The translations under genes were made by a program, and so were the position numbers. A stretch of DNA of 64,000 bases from Eledone cirrhosa (taxonomy: Eukaryota): assembly GCA_964016885.1 (NCBI GenBank), contig OZ024740.1:118916001-118980000 (forward strand). Reading direction: 5' to 3'. The notes beneath the pieces were generated by a model. It was not told the origin of the DNA. It searched no databases and was given only the letters and a program-made list of their open reading frames with translations. Position 1 is the stretch's first letter. Each line of letters begins with the position of its first letter. This document shows, piece after piece, positions 49,109 through 60,899 of this stretch.

Positions 49109-51118
49109 TCACTTGATCGTCTGGTGAAGGGACCGTTGAATCGTCCCTTCGGCTGAGAGAATGTCTGAGTATACTCTTCGATTGATGGTTCCTCCTAAGT
49201 CCCTGAAATCACCAACTGCGTTGGGGAATTTCGTTTTAATGTTTGTGTATTGTTTCTGTGCTATTTTTAGCAGTCTTATGTTAGTTGGCGTTTTGATTGG
49301 TGCTGGTATTATGTAGTCCTGTTGTGAAATGTCTGTGTGTTCAATTATGTAAGTCATTAGTTTCTTGTTGTGTGTATTTATTGCCGTGCATTTGTTTTTC
49401 TGGGGGTGGGGTGTGGTTCTACTATTTTCTTGTCGTTGTTGCTGGGTGTGTGTGTTTTGTTGTTGTGTTTGCGATGTTGGTGCTTGTGGTGGTGGTGTTA
49501 AAGGTGTTGTTGGCGGTGGTGATGGTGGTGCTAGTGTGGGTGGTGATGGTGTTGGTGTTGTTGCTGCTGTGGGTCTCTTTGCAGTAGACTTTACCCTTTT
49601 CTCATTTCTTTCCTCCCTTTTCAAAGGCGACGATGCGCTGCTTCTGCGTTTGTGCCTTCTTACGACCTTTTGCCATCCCTCTCCCACCTCACACTCCATG
49701 TCTGATTCTGTGAGGTCGGGGAGGGGTACCAGCTCCACTCTTTCACTTGTTGTTGGTGATGTTTGCACTGGAGTCTCTGTTGCAGCTGCATTTGGTATTG
49801 ATGTTGTTGTTGTTAATATTTCCACTGCTGCTGCTGTTTTTGATTTCCGTGGAGTGGGTATGGGTGCCACGGACCTATCGTTCCTGGTTGCCGCTTGTCC
49901 TGTTGCTGGTAGCCGTGGAGCCGGATTCGGAAGGAGGGGGGTTTTCTCCTTTCTCAGGGTCTTCTCGTTGCAGAAGGCCCTGAGGTGAGTCTTCGATCCA
50001 CAGCGAAAGCATTTCGGGCGTTTGCCCTCAACACTTATGGGCAGTTGAGTGCCGTTATCGAAGTCTATCACATCCGGGATAGCTTCGATGCACTCCTGGT
50101 TGGTTTGGATTAGCATCTCAATGGAGGAGCCGACCCAATCTTCTCTTACTTTTTTCTGTACTTGCAGTACAGTTGTTTTGTCCTCGATTCCGACGAGGAC
50201 AGACGCGGCCAGCCAAGAAGGGGTCATTCCGGGGGGGACGTGGGTTAGTTTGACCCTCACAATTTTTTGCCCACAGTAGGAGGGCACCAACACCATTTCC
50301 TCGCTCCTTAGGGTCACTACTGATTGGGCCTTTGCCTCCTGGGGTGTGGCAAAAAGTACGTCTACGGTGGCATATTTTTTGCCTCGGGTGATGTGCGTTT
50401 TCCGCTGCCACACAGACCCCAAGGCTTTTTGTATTTGGGCCTCTGTGGCTCTTTCCACCCTACGGGATTTTGTACTTACTGTACGGTACGTGACCGTACA
50501 GTGCTCTTGGGTTTCGAAAAATTTTTCCGCTGCCTTGCAGATTGCTCGGTGTCCGTTCTTTGTCACCATCTTCTTCGCTTCCTCTAATTCCTCATTTGTT
50601 ATGAGGATTGTTTCCAAGTTTTTCGCAATACCTGCAAATGAGATTGGTTTTTCTCTGCTGTTGTTGTTGTCGTCAGAGCTGCTGGTACTTTTGTTGTTGC
50701 TGCAGGTACTACGACTACTGCCTCCGCCGCTGTTGCTGTGGTTGTTGTTGGTTTTGCTGCTGCTAATGCTGTTGTTGTTTATGCTGCTGGTGATGCTGTT
50801 GCGGCTGCTACTGTTGTTTTCATTGTCACTGTTGCTGTTGTTATTACGGCTGCTACTGCTATTATTCCTGACGTCAGACGAATGAACTGGGTTTTCGTAT
50901 TTCCCGCACACCTGTTTCGTCGCTGTCGTGGAGAAACCTTGCACGCTTTGCACGAGACTTTTCTTTTCTTTCGTCACTTGCGAAAGAGAAGGGAGGGAGA
51001 GAGACACATTTAAAGAAGGGAGGGAGAGAGACAATCTTCTCTCTGCTGTAGTGATGATTGAGGAAGAAGAAGACGGAATGAGTGGGAGTGACGTATGAAA
51101 TTTCTTTTTCGTAGCCAT
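49109..51118 (-). CDS. ORF1 of copy 3 (669 aa)
   Basis: CCHC knuckle intact; small in-frame deletions in low-complexity tracts and a 16-bp deletion near 49155 that changes the last residues. Confidence 0.85.
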   Translation of the reverse strand: MATKKKFHTSLPLIPSSSSSIITTAERRLSLSLPSLNVSLSLPSLSQVTKEKKSLVQSVQGFSTTATKQVCGKYENPVHSSDVRNNSSSSRNNNSNSDNENNSSSRNSITSSINNNSISSSKTNNNHSNSGGGSSRSTCSNNKSTSSSDDNNNSREKPISFAGIAKNLETILITNEELEEAKKMVTKNGHRAICKAAEKFFETQEHCTVTYRTVSTKSRRVERATEAQIQKALGSVWQRKTHITRGKKYATVDVLFATPQEAKAQSVVTLRSEEMVLVPSYCGQKIVRVKLTHVPPGMTPSWLAASVLVGIEDKTTVLQVQKKVREDWVGSSIEMLIQTNQECIEAIPDVIDFDNGTQLPISVEGKRPKCFRCGSKTHLRAFCNEKTLRKEKTPLLPNPAPRLPATGQAATRNDRSVAPIPTPRKSKTAAAVEILTTTTSIPNAAATETPVQTSPTTSERVELVPLPDLTESDMECEVGEGWQKVVRRHKRRSSASSPLKREERNEKRVKSTAKRPTAATTPTPSPPTLAPPSPPPTTPLTPPPQAPTSQTQQQNTHTQQQRQENSRTTPHPQKNKCTAINTHNKKLMTYIIEHTDISQQDYIIPAPIKTPTNIRLLKIAQKQYTNIKTKFPNAVGDFRDLGGTINRRVYSDILSAEGTIQRSLHQTIK

Positions 51119-51333
51119 GTTGTTTTTTGTTTAAAATGAAATTTTGGGTACAAAACCCCAATAACTGATTATTTAACCCCGAAGGGCCAAATAACGGACA
51201 GAAAGACCCCTCTCACGAGGAGGAGGGTGTCTTTATCAACAATTTGGTTCAAGTTTTAAACAATTTACAATTGTTTTAACGGTTAAAAATTACTATACCT
51301 TACAGAGCCGAGCCTCCGTCAACCATGGCATTC

Positions 51334-51363
<30 letters not shown>

Positions 51364-51364
<1 letters not shown>

Positions 51365-51524
51365 TTTTCTTTATTAACCACAAGGGTTTACATAAAGTAG
51401 ACATTAAGGACAGTACAGGACAATACAGGACGGTACAAATGGGCATTTCTGCGTATAAAAAAACGGAGGTTGAAATAAAATAACAAAGAAAAATTCCCCA
51501 ATAGGGGGGAGACTTCCGAGGGAC

Positions 51525-51526
<2 letters not shown>
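51364..51526 (-). mobile_element. Second copy of the 163-bp Tx1 3' fragment
   Basis: Appears identical to 45145-45307, again between (AAT)10 and (AAT)13. Confidence 0.9.
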
Positions 51527-51567
<41 letters not shown>

Positions 51568-52109
51568 ACTATTAATAATTATTAATGCACTCGTGCAATG
51601 CCTGTGCGTGACGAATATTTTTAAAGTGAGGAAAGACTGTGCACTGAGCCAATCCCACTCTCTGAGCGACAGTAGCTATAACCCGAAAAGAAGAAGAGAT
51701 CAACATCATCGGTAACTACTGAGCCACAGGTTTTATGTCGGAGTTAACCCAGTTTCCTGAGATGCCTTCTACTAGAAGAATGCCCTGACAAGGGCTAGGG
51801 GTTCTTCACTCACAGTGGTTTAACTGCGCGATCGGGCATCCAGCCCGATTATTTCTATGTCCCCCCCCCCAAACAAAATCTCACTTATTGACACTTATAC
51901 GTACGACATACACACACGCGCATACATACGCGCGCACACACACGCATACATATGCGCGCACACAGCAACACTCATACATACAAACAAACACACACACGCT
52001 ACTCACTTACACACACACACACATGTATATTACCGTCATTACTGATACAAGATTTTGTCAACTGTTGACTTTCAAGAGTTTGTATAGTTGAAGCCGTTCG
52101 TATTACAGT

Positions 52110-52280
52110 CTAGTATTATTATAATTGCTTTACAGCATAGAGCTATGACTCTCCACGCTTTGAGCTTAAACGTGCCGAGGTCAACCTTGCCTTTCATCCC
52201 CACGGAGTCAACAAAGAGAGTACCAGTAATGCGCTGGACCAGTCGCTGGATCCGTGCCAAAAGCAGAAAAATTATTATTA
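52110..52280 (+). mobile_element. 5'-truncated, diverged SINE copy
   Basis: GCCGAGGTCAACCTTGCCTTTCATCC..GGAGTCAA..AAGAGAGTACCAGTAATG core, ends in ATTATTATT. Confidence 0.7.
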
Positions 52281-52519
52281 AAGTTGTTTTCTTAAGGCCC
52301 GGTCGCTGGTGATGGTGATGGCGGCGGCGGTGGTGGTGGTGGTGGCAGTTGATGTTGTATGCGTGTCTGTGTGTGTTTTGCTATTTTGAGTTTTCTTGTT
52401 TGTTTGTGGATTTTTTTTTATCGTTTGATGCCGGTGTTGTTGTTGTAGATGTTGGGGTTTAAGTCTGGTCGTTTAACTGAGTCATGTATGTACACACATA
52501 TACATACACACACACACAC

Positions 52520-52597
<78 letters not shown>

Positions 52598-52617
52598 AAT
52601 ACAATATATATATAATA

Positions 52618-53364
52618 TAAATACAATATCGGAGAAAGCTTTTTAGCGATACTCCGGCCAAATTCCAACTCACTCAACAAACATTAGGAAATAAGTGATT
52701 ATATTCCTAATTATGCGTTCGGGGTGATAACTAAAAGTATTGCGTGGAAAATTGGCTGTATTGTTTCATATGAGACATATCGAATATATCTCTTCTCAGA
52801 CGGACGTCTCGTTTCATTATAGGATTCCTACAATTTGGGTTAAATTATACCAACTTATGTAGGAGCTTGTATACCATCAACAGATATATATTCAAGTGGG
52901 CTCCTATAATTCATCAGTGGGTGCCCCCATAATACTAATATTGATAATCTAACAAACATCAGTATTTAGCGATAATAATCATCAGTGCCTGAGGTATCTG
53001 TCAGGTTGCCAGTCCAGCAGTTCTAAAGAAATGCTCAAACTGATTCAAAAATGAGGAAGTGAATTACCGCCAAAAAAAACAATACATGCGCATGACAATG
53101 AATTCTAAAAGGAATTCATGCAACGTGCTAGAACTCAATTGGAAATTGAAAAAATATCTATGTGTGAACAACATTTGATGACACACACAGATATTTTCTC
53201 GGGCAAAGTAACAGAATGAGATATAAGGAACAATCAATATTCATATATAAAAAAATAAACAAAGAAAGTCTGACCTTATACCGGGAAATTCAAATCTGTT
53301 GGACCAAGAGTAAATAAATAAATACAATATCGGAGAAAGCTTTTTAGCGATACTCCGGCCAAAT
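52618..53364 (-). mobile_element. Probable Penelope-like pseudo-LTR remnant
   Basis: 46-bp direct repeat TAAATACAATATCGGAGAAAGCTTTTTAGCGATACTCCGGCCAAAT at 52618-52663 and 53319-53364, TA-repeat flanks, internal hammerhead. Confidence 0.65.
52795..52921 (-). ncRNA. Type I hammerhead with long stem II
   Basis: Minus strand CCCA-CTGATGA-ATTATAGGA...TCCTATAAT-GAAA-CG-AGACGTC-CG-TC-TGAG; core intact, stem I has one mismatch. Confidence 0.72.
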
Positions 53365-54064
53365 ATATATACACATTCAACACAGAGTAGAGAGTTTGAC
53401 AACAGGTCGATGACTTTAGTCTAGATAGGGTAATGACATGTGATGGTGGGGGAGAGAGTGTAGACGTTATTGTGGTGGTGGGGGACAGTGAGATGTATCT
53501 AGTTCATTTGTTCGTTTTCTTCTCTTTGCAAAATTTGAATTTTAGTCATGTTATATTGAGATGTAAGTAAATGTAAAATGTAAAATATAAATAAGGATTG
53601 CTCTGGTAAAATATACTAAAATATTTGTGTAACCTCCACAAACTACTGTCGTGACATTCCCGAGTCCAGTGACCAAAAAATTGTTGTATTTTGATGTTTC
53701 AGAATACAAAAATTAATTAAAAACTTACCCCACGAAAAGACAGCGTGTGTTGTCCTATCTATAAGCTCCCTCATACATATATATACACACACATGTATAT
53801 ATTTTTTTTTCTTCCCTCTATATATATGTTTTTAAGAACAAATGCAGTTATTTGAAGAGAAATTGTAATTGAGAAAATTTAAGCTCAATTTGTGTAGGGA
53901 GAGAGAAATATAGGGAGGAGACTTTTAAAGGGTAACAGAAAGGTTGCAATCTTAACATAGTGTATATAAAACAAACTAGAATGACAGAAATAAGTTCTTA
54001 CACATTTTAATCTTTACAATTGTTTCAATGCAAAGCTTTTCTTCAAACACATAACTAGGCAAAT

Positions 54065-54128
54065 CTCTTCTTCTTCTTCTTCTTCTTCTTCTTCTTCTTC
54101 TTCTTCTTCTTCTTCTTCTTCTTCTTCT
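54065..54128. repeat. (TTC)n microsatellite
   Basis: Directly visible. Confidence 0.95.
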
Positions 54129-55426
54129 TTTTTATTGTTTATATGTAGCGTTAGTGTTAGGGCTAAGATTATGTTTATATTTAGGTTTAGAGTCAAGGTT
54201 AGTGTTTGAGTTACTGTTAAAGTTAGGTTTATGGTTAGTGTTAAGGTAGTCTGAGGGTTATGTTTAGGTATAGGGTTGGGGTTAGTGATTTAAATCAGGC
54301 GTCTATGATTTTACTCATACTCCCATTATCCTTTATGACCACTGTAGATCACAAATGCAGTGTACCTGATTAATATTCTTATTCTGAGAGTCTTCAAAAA
54401 CTTCATAGATTCGTGGATTTAGGAATACTATCCTATCAAACCAAACACAAAGAATTATTCAGTAAATATAATAGGGCTCTAACTTGATCATAATCATGTT
54501 TTAATGTGTGTGTGCTTGTATGTATGTGTAGGGACATGAAAATACTTGATCTAGTGGCTGAGCATGTTTAACCCACTTAGTGTGAGAGACCCCTAGTTCT
54601 AGGAGAAGGAAAACTCTGATTTAAAACCTGTTACTCAATGGCAGCCAATGATGTGGACCTGTTCTCTTTGGTTACCTGTCACTGTTGTTCAGAATGTGAT
54701 TTTAGTCCAGTGCAAGGCCTCTCTTCACTTAAAAGAGCTTCAAACACAGATTTTACTTGATCTAAATGAATTTCCTGAGTATTCTGTGTGCATGGACTTT
54801 TCTTTTTCTTTCATTGCAGCATCTGCAGAAAGAAATCTAAGTCCTTGACGGAACTAAAATGTCATGTTCATGTCACCAATATATGAGAAATAGGTCAAGA
54901 TATGGTGATTCTCAAAACCCAGATACAGCCATTATGTAGGTTTTATGCTGTGTTAGTGCTATCATTAATAAAAAATAGATATTGTCATTTATAAATCACA
55001 CATCCAGACATACATAAGTACATCATAACACACTGTAACAAATGGAAATGCATTTGCTGTTTTTATCCTGGCTGCAGAATAATTGCTGTTGATATATTCC
55101 CAGCCTAACTATTCATAACCAATGGTGTGCAGAGTTTTGATGAGGACTGGAGCCAAATCGTTGATTGTATGCCCTTAAAACTCAGGTATATGTCCTAGTA
55201 TTGAGAAATGTGAGCAAGAAAGACACTTTGGATATATAAAATCAGGTGAAACTTGAAATAAACATTTCATTCATGTTAATTTTAAATATCTATTAACTTC
55301 AGTTCCCCAAATGAAATTTTCTGTCAAAAATCACTTCAATTTTATATCAGCTGTGAGGAATTATTTCTTAATACTGATTAAAGCAAAGCTGTTTGGTCAA
55401 TCCCTGTGACATAGAACACCTTAAGG

Positions 55427-55850
55427 TCTTCTTCTTCTTCTTCTTCTTCTTCTTCTTCTTCTTCTTCTTCTTCTTCTTCTTCACCCACTTATTTCCGAGA
55501 AAGTCGTGGGAGCAGAGTCCTCAAACTCTCCCAATAGGTCCTGACAGAAGCAAACATCTCCAATGAATCCAACTGGATCCCCAAGCGAGATCTGTCAAGC
55601 TATTTAATCATCTTGCTCAGGGTTTACTCCTATGTCTCCTATCGGTTCGTTTTGCCAGTAAAATCTGTACACTGATTCTTTTTTGAGATATTTTAATCAC
55701 AAAGCCATATTATTGGAGCTGTGATCTCTCAATTTGGCGAAGTAATGGCTCTGCCTGGAGTGATTCTGATCTCTGAGCTACACACACTTTTGAGTAATAT
55801 TACTCCGAGGCCCCTTAGAGAAACCCCATTTGACTGCTAGTGTTTGCAAT
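55427..55850 (-). mobile_element. Degenerate RTE 3' fragment with (GAA)n tail
   Basis: Homologous to 18980-19350 (I...LQAEPLLRQIERSQLQ.YG motif; CGGAAATAAGTGGGTGAAGAAG end), (TTC)n at 55427-55481. Confidence 0.65.
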
Positions 55851-56017
55851 CATAGTCAAAGTCAGTGTTGCAGCATATGTACAAACTTTATTTGTATGTT
55901 TTAATTGTTTCAATATCGATCAGCTGAGGGTTCAATCAAGGTGACAGGGCCCGACTCATAACAGCATTGAATGCTTCAAATGGCATGCTGACTGCAACCG
56001 TTGTTACACAGTTAACT

Positions 56018-56102
<85 letters not shown>

Positions 56103-58258
56103 ACATATATATACACGCATGTATGTTTAATAATGTATATGCAAGTGTCTATGTGTGTGTATGTGTGCATGCATTTATATAAAGATTGGCAGCAGGTAAA
56201 TGATAGATATATATGCATATATCAGTAATTACTTTTCTTTTAAACATTTAGATATGCAAACATAGCTATCTCTAAGTTTGATCTAGTTTGATGTATTTAC
56301 TTTTCATTTCCTCATATCTCATAACGAGCTTATTTTGATTCCTTAGCAGTTTTTGATATATAATTTTCTAAGTCCATATTTGCATCTCTATTCCTGGGTT
56401 CAACTAACTTTATTATCATAAGTGCCTGACCTGATGTTAATATTCTTTGATATTCATAGAAAAGAAGCGCATATTAATACTTTTATATTTTTAATCCTCT
56501 GCTTCTGATTGGATAAATGTAGATTCTAAATTGCTTGAGCGTTTATAAAGATATTGATAGGTGTAAGCTGAATATTGTTAAAGGGTCATGGTTCATTTGT
56601 TTTTATTCCATTATGGGAATACATGCTGTTGCATCTGTAAACAAGAATCATAAAACCGCTTACTCTAAATGTGTGCTAGTATCAGATATTCTGATGTGAT
56701 TTCTCTAGGATCATATTTTGCATAGATAGTTGGTAGTCTCTTAGAAGTATGAAATCCAGCCATTATCCATGCTGTGTTATGAAGTTTCATAGTACTGCAT
56801 TGCACGCCAAATATTAGTTATAAGTGGAAGATGTATATGTGAGGATATATCCCATCCTGCCTTCTAGACAGCTACATGATTATTGTTGATAACGTTATTG
56901 AATAAAAGCAGTATGACTGATGTGATGGCAGAATAGAGAATGATAGAAAGGAAACGGGGGGATAGAAGAAGGATTACTGAGAGTGAGAGGAAGTGATATG
57001 GGAAAGACAGAGAGACAGAGTGATAAAACTATCTCACTGAACTCTTATCAAATATTAAATGAAATGACAACAATCCTCTTTGATGTGATTATTTACATTC
57101 TTTCTATACTGTTATAGTTGATTTCAAACAACCAATCCTCCCTATAAAAGCACAATTTGTCTTGCATAAGGTGAATTGTTTTGTTTAAGAAAATAATACA
57201 ACGCTTTGAAAGTACAATATTTTGAGTTAGTTTTTAGCATTCAAACATTACATCAATTTTGACATGTTTTTAAATAAAATATTCTTCTACCTTCCTTAGT
57301 CAATGGTAAATACAAAAATAATTAATACAACAATTCTTCTAGGGGAATTATTGATTTTGAGACATTTAGTTTAGCAATTAAGATAAATTTAATATTCTTC
57401 TAAACAATGATTTTAATACCAGTTACATTTTCCAAGTGTATACAAGATGACTACTACCACACTGACTGCTTCGTCTAACAGGTTAGACATATTTTTGGAG
57501 TTGGGACATGAATATGAATGGCATTAACAGTGCATGCATTGGATGCTGATGACAATACTTAATTCCAATTCATTTCAAACCATTTTCAGTTAGACCAAAA
57601 AATAATTAATGCCATTAGTTGCTATCGATATGAGGTGATTTGAAAAAGAAGTATTTGAATGTGGATATTTTATTTCAGATTTATGAAGAAATATCCAGGA
57701 GAAACAACATACATCTGAGATATTTTCAAATATTCATTGGAACTAATAACTATGATTTGATGTGTTCTTTCTAAACAATATAATCAGGATTTTCCTAACT
57801 GGAATCATCAAACTAAAGATAATTACTATTTGCTTATTGCTAGTACTGTATTTCTGTGAACATTAAAATTACTTCATGGCTATGTAATTAAAATCAAATA
57901 AATATTACTATAGTCTACTGTAACAAAGTTTATCACACTATATCAGTCGATAGTTTCTTTATAACATAAAATAATGAATGCAACACACACACACACCCCC
58001 ACACATCACACAGACAAACAAACAAACAAACAGAGATACACATACACACATACAAACAGACACACACACACACAAACAGATACAAACACATGCTCACAGT
58101 TACTCACATTTAGCGATACAAATGAGAACAAGAGTACTCAATCAATGTAGTAAAGTATTAATTCAGAAGAAGCTGATAATTTACTTCACTGCTACTCAGA
58201 ATTTCTTGTTAAATGTGAATGTTAGGTGAAACAATATAAATGTAATATATATATATAT

Positions 58259-58455
58259 ATCATCATCATCATCGATTAACGTCTATCTTACATGCTAGCA
58301 TGGGTTAGACGGGTTTGTCCCATTTAGAGACAAGTTGGGTCAGGTGATCATGTCTTGCTGCTATAGGAGAGTTTCTGGGTGGTTTTCTACGGCTGTATGC
58401 CCTTCCTAACACCAACTACATTTACAGTGTGTGCTGGGTGCTTTTTGTTGTGACA
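58259..58455 (-). mobile_element. RTE-related 3' module with (GAT)n tail
   Basis: Same module as 28338-28520. Confidence 0.75.
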
Positions 58456-58458
58456 CCT

Positions 58459-58501
<43 letters not shown>

Positions 58502-58759
58502 CTATTTAATCAATTTATTCATCTGTGTAGAGCTAGTAAGCAATGACAGGCTAGGGGAAGTATTGAATACTCCTTGTGAAATGAGTAATAACAAATAAAT
58601 AAAAAAGGGGGAAAAGTAGAAAAAAAATTTCAAATATTTCAAAAAGAAACAAAAAGTAAAATAGGGAACAAGGGAAGCTGTAAAGCAGCCAGAAGTTTCT
58701 GTTGTTGAATCTTTTCATAGCTTCCATGTACTCAAATATTTTGTTTATATTACGTATAC

Positions 58760-60488
58760 CATCATCATCATCATCATCATCGTTTAACGTCCATATTCCA
58801 CGCTTGCATGGGTTTGGACGGGAGTTTTCCCACTTGAGGCAAGAGTGGTTGTCTTGCTCGCATAGGACTGTCTGGCGGGTTTTCTACGGCTGGATGCTCT
58901 TCCTAACACCAACCACATTTACAGTGTGGAACTGAGAGGTTTTTACCGTGTTACCTACACGGCCACATTACAGCGTGGACTGTGTTTTTTTGTCGTGACA
59001 CCTACACGACCTCATTTCTTTGGAATGGATGTTGTGGTACCAACATAACTTTACATTGAAAGGGGTGGTGTGGATGGGGTGGGGGTAGTGAGACGGGGGT
59101 GTATTTTGTTAGAGGTGCCTACTGACTGTAGTAGGTTTCACTTTGTACTTAGGTAAGGCAGGTCTTCTCTATTACTGTGCAGCGCCAAAGTTCTCGGCCC
59201 AGTGACATTGTCTTGGAGAGGTGTAAGTGTGTGAGGTCGGAATTTATCAAGTCGTCCCAGGTTTTTCTGGGTCTGCCTACTCCATGGCTACCATCTATTT
59301 TTATTGCCCTGCACTTTTTTATACAGCTGTCGTCTTTCATTCGCATTGCGTGACCATACCAATGTAGCCTTCTCTCGAGTAAACAACATCTGATCCCTCT
59401 TATTTCTAATTTTTCCTTTAGTTCGTTTATGATTTGCCGTTCACGTATATTACTATTACACATCCAGCGGAGCATGCAAGCTTCGTTCCTGTCCAGTCTG
59501 TGTATATCCTCTGCACACAATGCCCAGGTCTCACTGCCATGCAACATTGTTGTTCGTATGCAGGCGTCATACAGCCTGCCTTTCATTTTTAGGGAGAACC
59601 CTTTAGTGGCTAATAGTGGTATAAGCTCTCTGAACTTTTTCCATCCGGTTCTGACTCTAGCTACTGTACTTTCAGAGCATCCCTCCCCCACTGCTGAATT
59701 TGTCACCCAGGTAACGGAAGCTGTCCACTATTTCTATAGACCCATCTGCGCAATGGAATGAGCTAGTATTCACTGGGCACTTGCTGCTACTTATTGCACC
59801 AGAGCACCGGCCACATATAAAATCTATGTTCTTAGTTAGCTTACCTGTGATCCCACTACATCTTTTATGCACCCATACTTTGCATTTGGGACATAAAATG
59901 GAGTTTCTACCTACTCCTTTCCTACACACTGAGCATGGCGATTTCCCGGATGGGACCGGTGCCCTATTTTCCTTCCTACAAACTAGAACTTTAGTCTTAG
60001 ACAAGTTAATTTAAAGGCCTTTTGATTCTAGGCCATGCTTCCATGTTTGGAATTTCTTCTCTAGTTCGGCCATTGATTCAGCAATGATCATCTGCATATA
60101 GGAGTTCCCACGGGCAGCCAGTCTTGAACTCCACTGTTATAGCCTGAAGGGCGATAATAAATAGGAGGGGGCTAAGAACGGAACCCTGATGAACACCCAC
60201 TTTTACGCTAAATTCTTCACTATATTCGTTGTTAATTCTAACCTTGCTGACTGTTTCTTTATACATGGCTTGTATAGCTCTCACAAGCCATTCATCAACA
60301 CCTAGTTTTCTAAGAGCCCACCAAATAATGGAACGGGGGAATCTGTCGAAAGCTTTCTCCAAGTCGACAAAAGCTAAGTATAGGGGTTTACTTTTAGCTA
60401 GGTACTTCTCCTGTAGTTGTCGTACAATGAAAAGTGCGTCTGTGGTACTTTTACCTGACACAAACCCGAACTGCATTTCATCTACCAT
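58760..60488 (-). mobile_element. 5'-truncated RTE LINE: RT, PHD-type finger, C-terminal domain, 3' UTR, (GAT)n tail; frameshifted
   Basis: MQFGFVSGKSTTDA, FVDLEKAFD, GVHQGSVLSP, LLYADD (60078-60488); Cys/His cluster in 59672-60004; LHGSETW...RLHWYGH (59149-59706). Confidence 0.92.
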
Positions 60489-60899
60489 ATATTAACATAT
60501 ACCATATATTTAACCATATATTGATCTTCCAATTTTGGTAGTTTTTTAAATGTTGGTTTCAATATGGCCTCTCAGACTGATAGTTTCTACATTGGAACAA
60601 ATAGTATCAAAAGGTATCTGGAAAATCACCTCAAGAAAATAGAGGTGAATCTTTAGGCTTGTTTTATGATAGAAGGTAGTTCAAAGCCATCATAGTCTTT
60701 TTTATTTGCATTACTAAATGATTGATAAGTTTTGAATGTTGTCAAATCTGTTTGAGAAAGTGGGGGAATGAAATGTGTGAGCTTATCTCTGGATTCTTCC
60801 CCAAATGTTTCCCACCCTTTACTAATCGTATTTTTGCTAAATGATTTAACCTGTAAAAGATTTGGGATTTAGTGTATATTTATTATTTGTGATCCCTCT

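Larger units (their letters stand above)
45347..51333 (-). mobile_element. Full-length Tx1 element, copy 3 (ORF2 open, ORF1 C-terminus altered)
   Basis: Same termini as copies 1 and 2; (ATT)n at both ends. Confidence 0.95.

Noticed and set aside
33263-51013. Many plus-strand and off-frame ORFs of 70-213 aa within the array
   Set aside because: Shadows of the GC-rich ORF1/ORF2 and their low-complexity tracts; recurrence only reflects near-identity of the copies.
33051-51526. LTR retrotransposon or DIRS interpretation from the repeated 3' fragments
   Set aside because: No integrase, protease, RNase H or tyrosine recombinase; the APE-RT layout is non-LTR and the repeats are truncated 3' ends.
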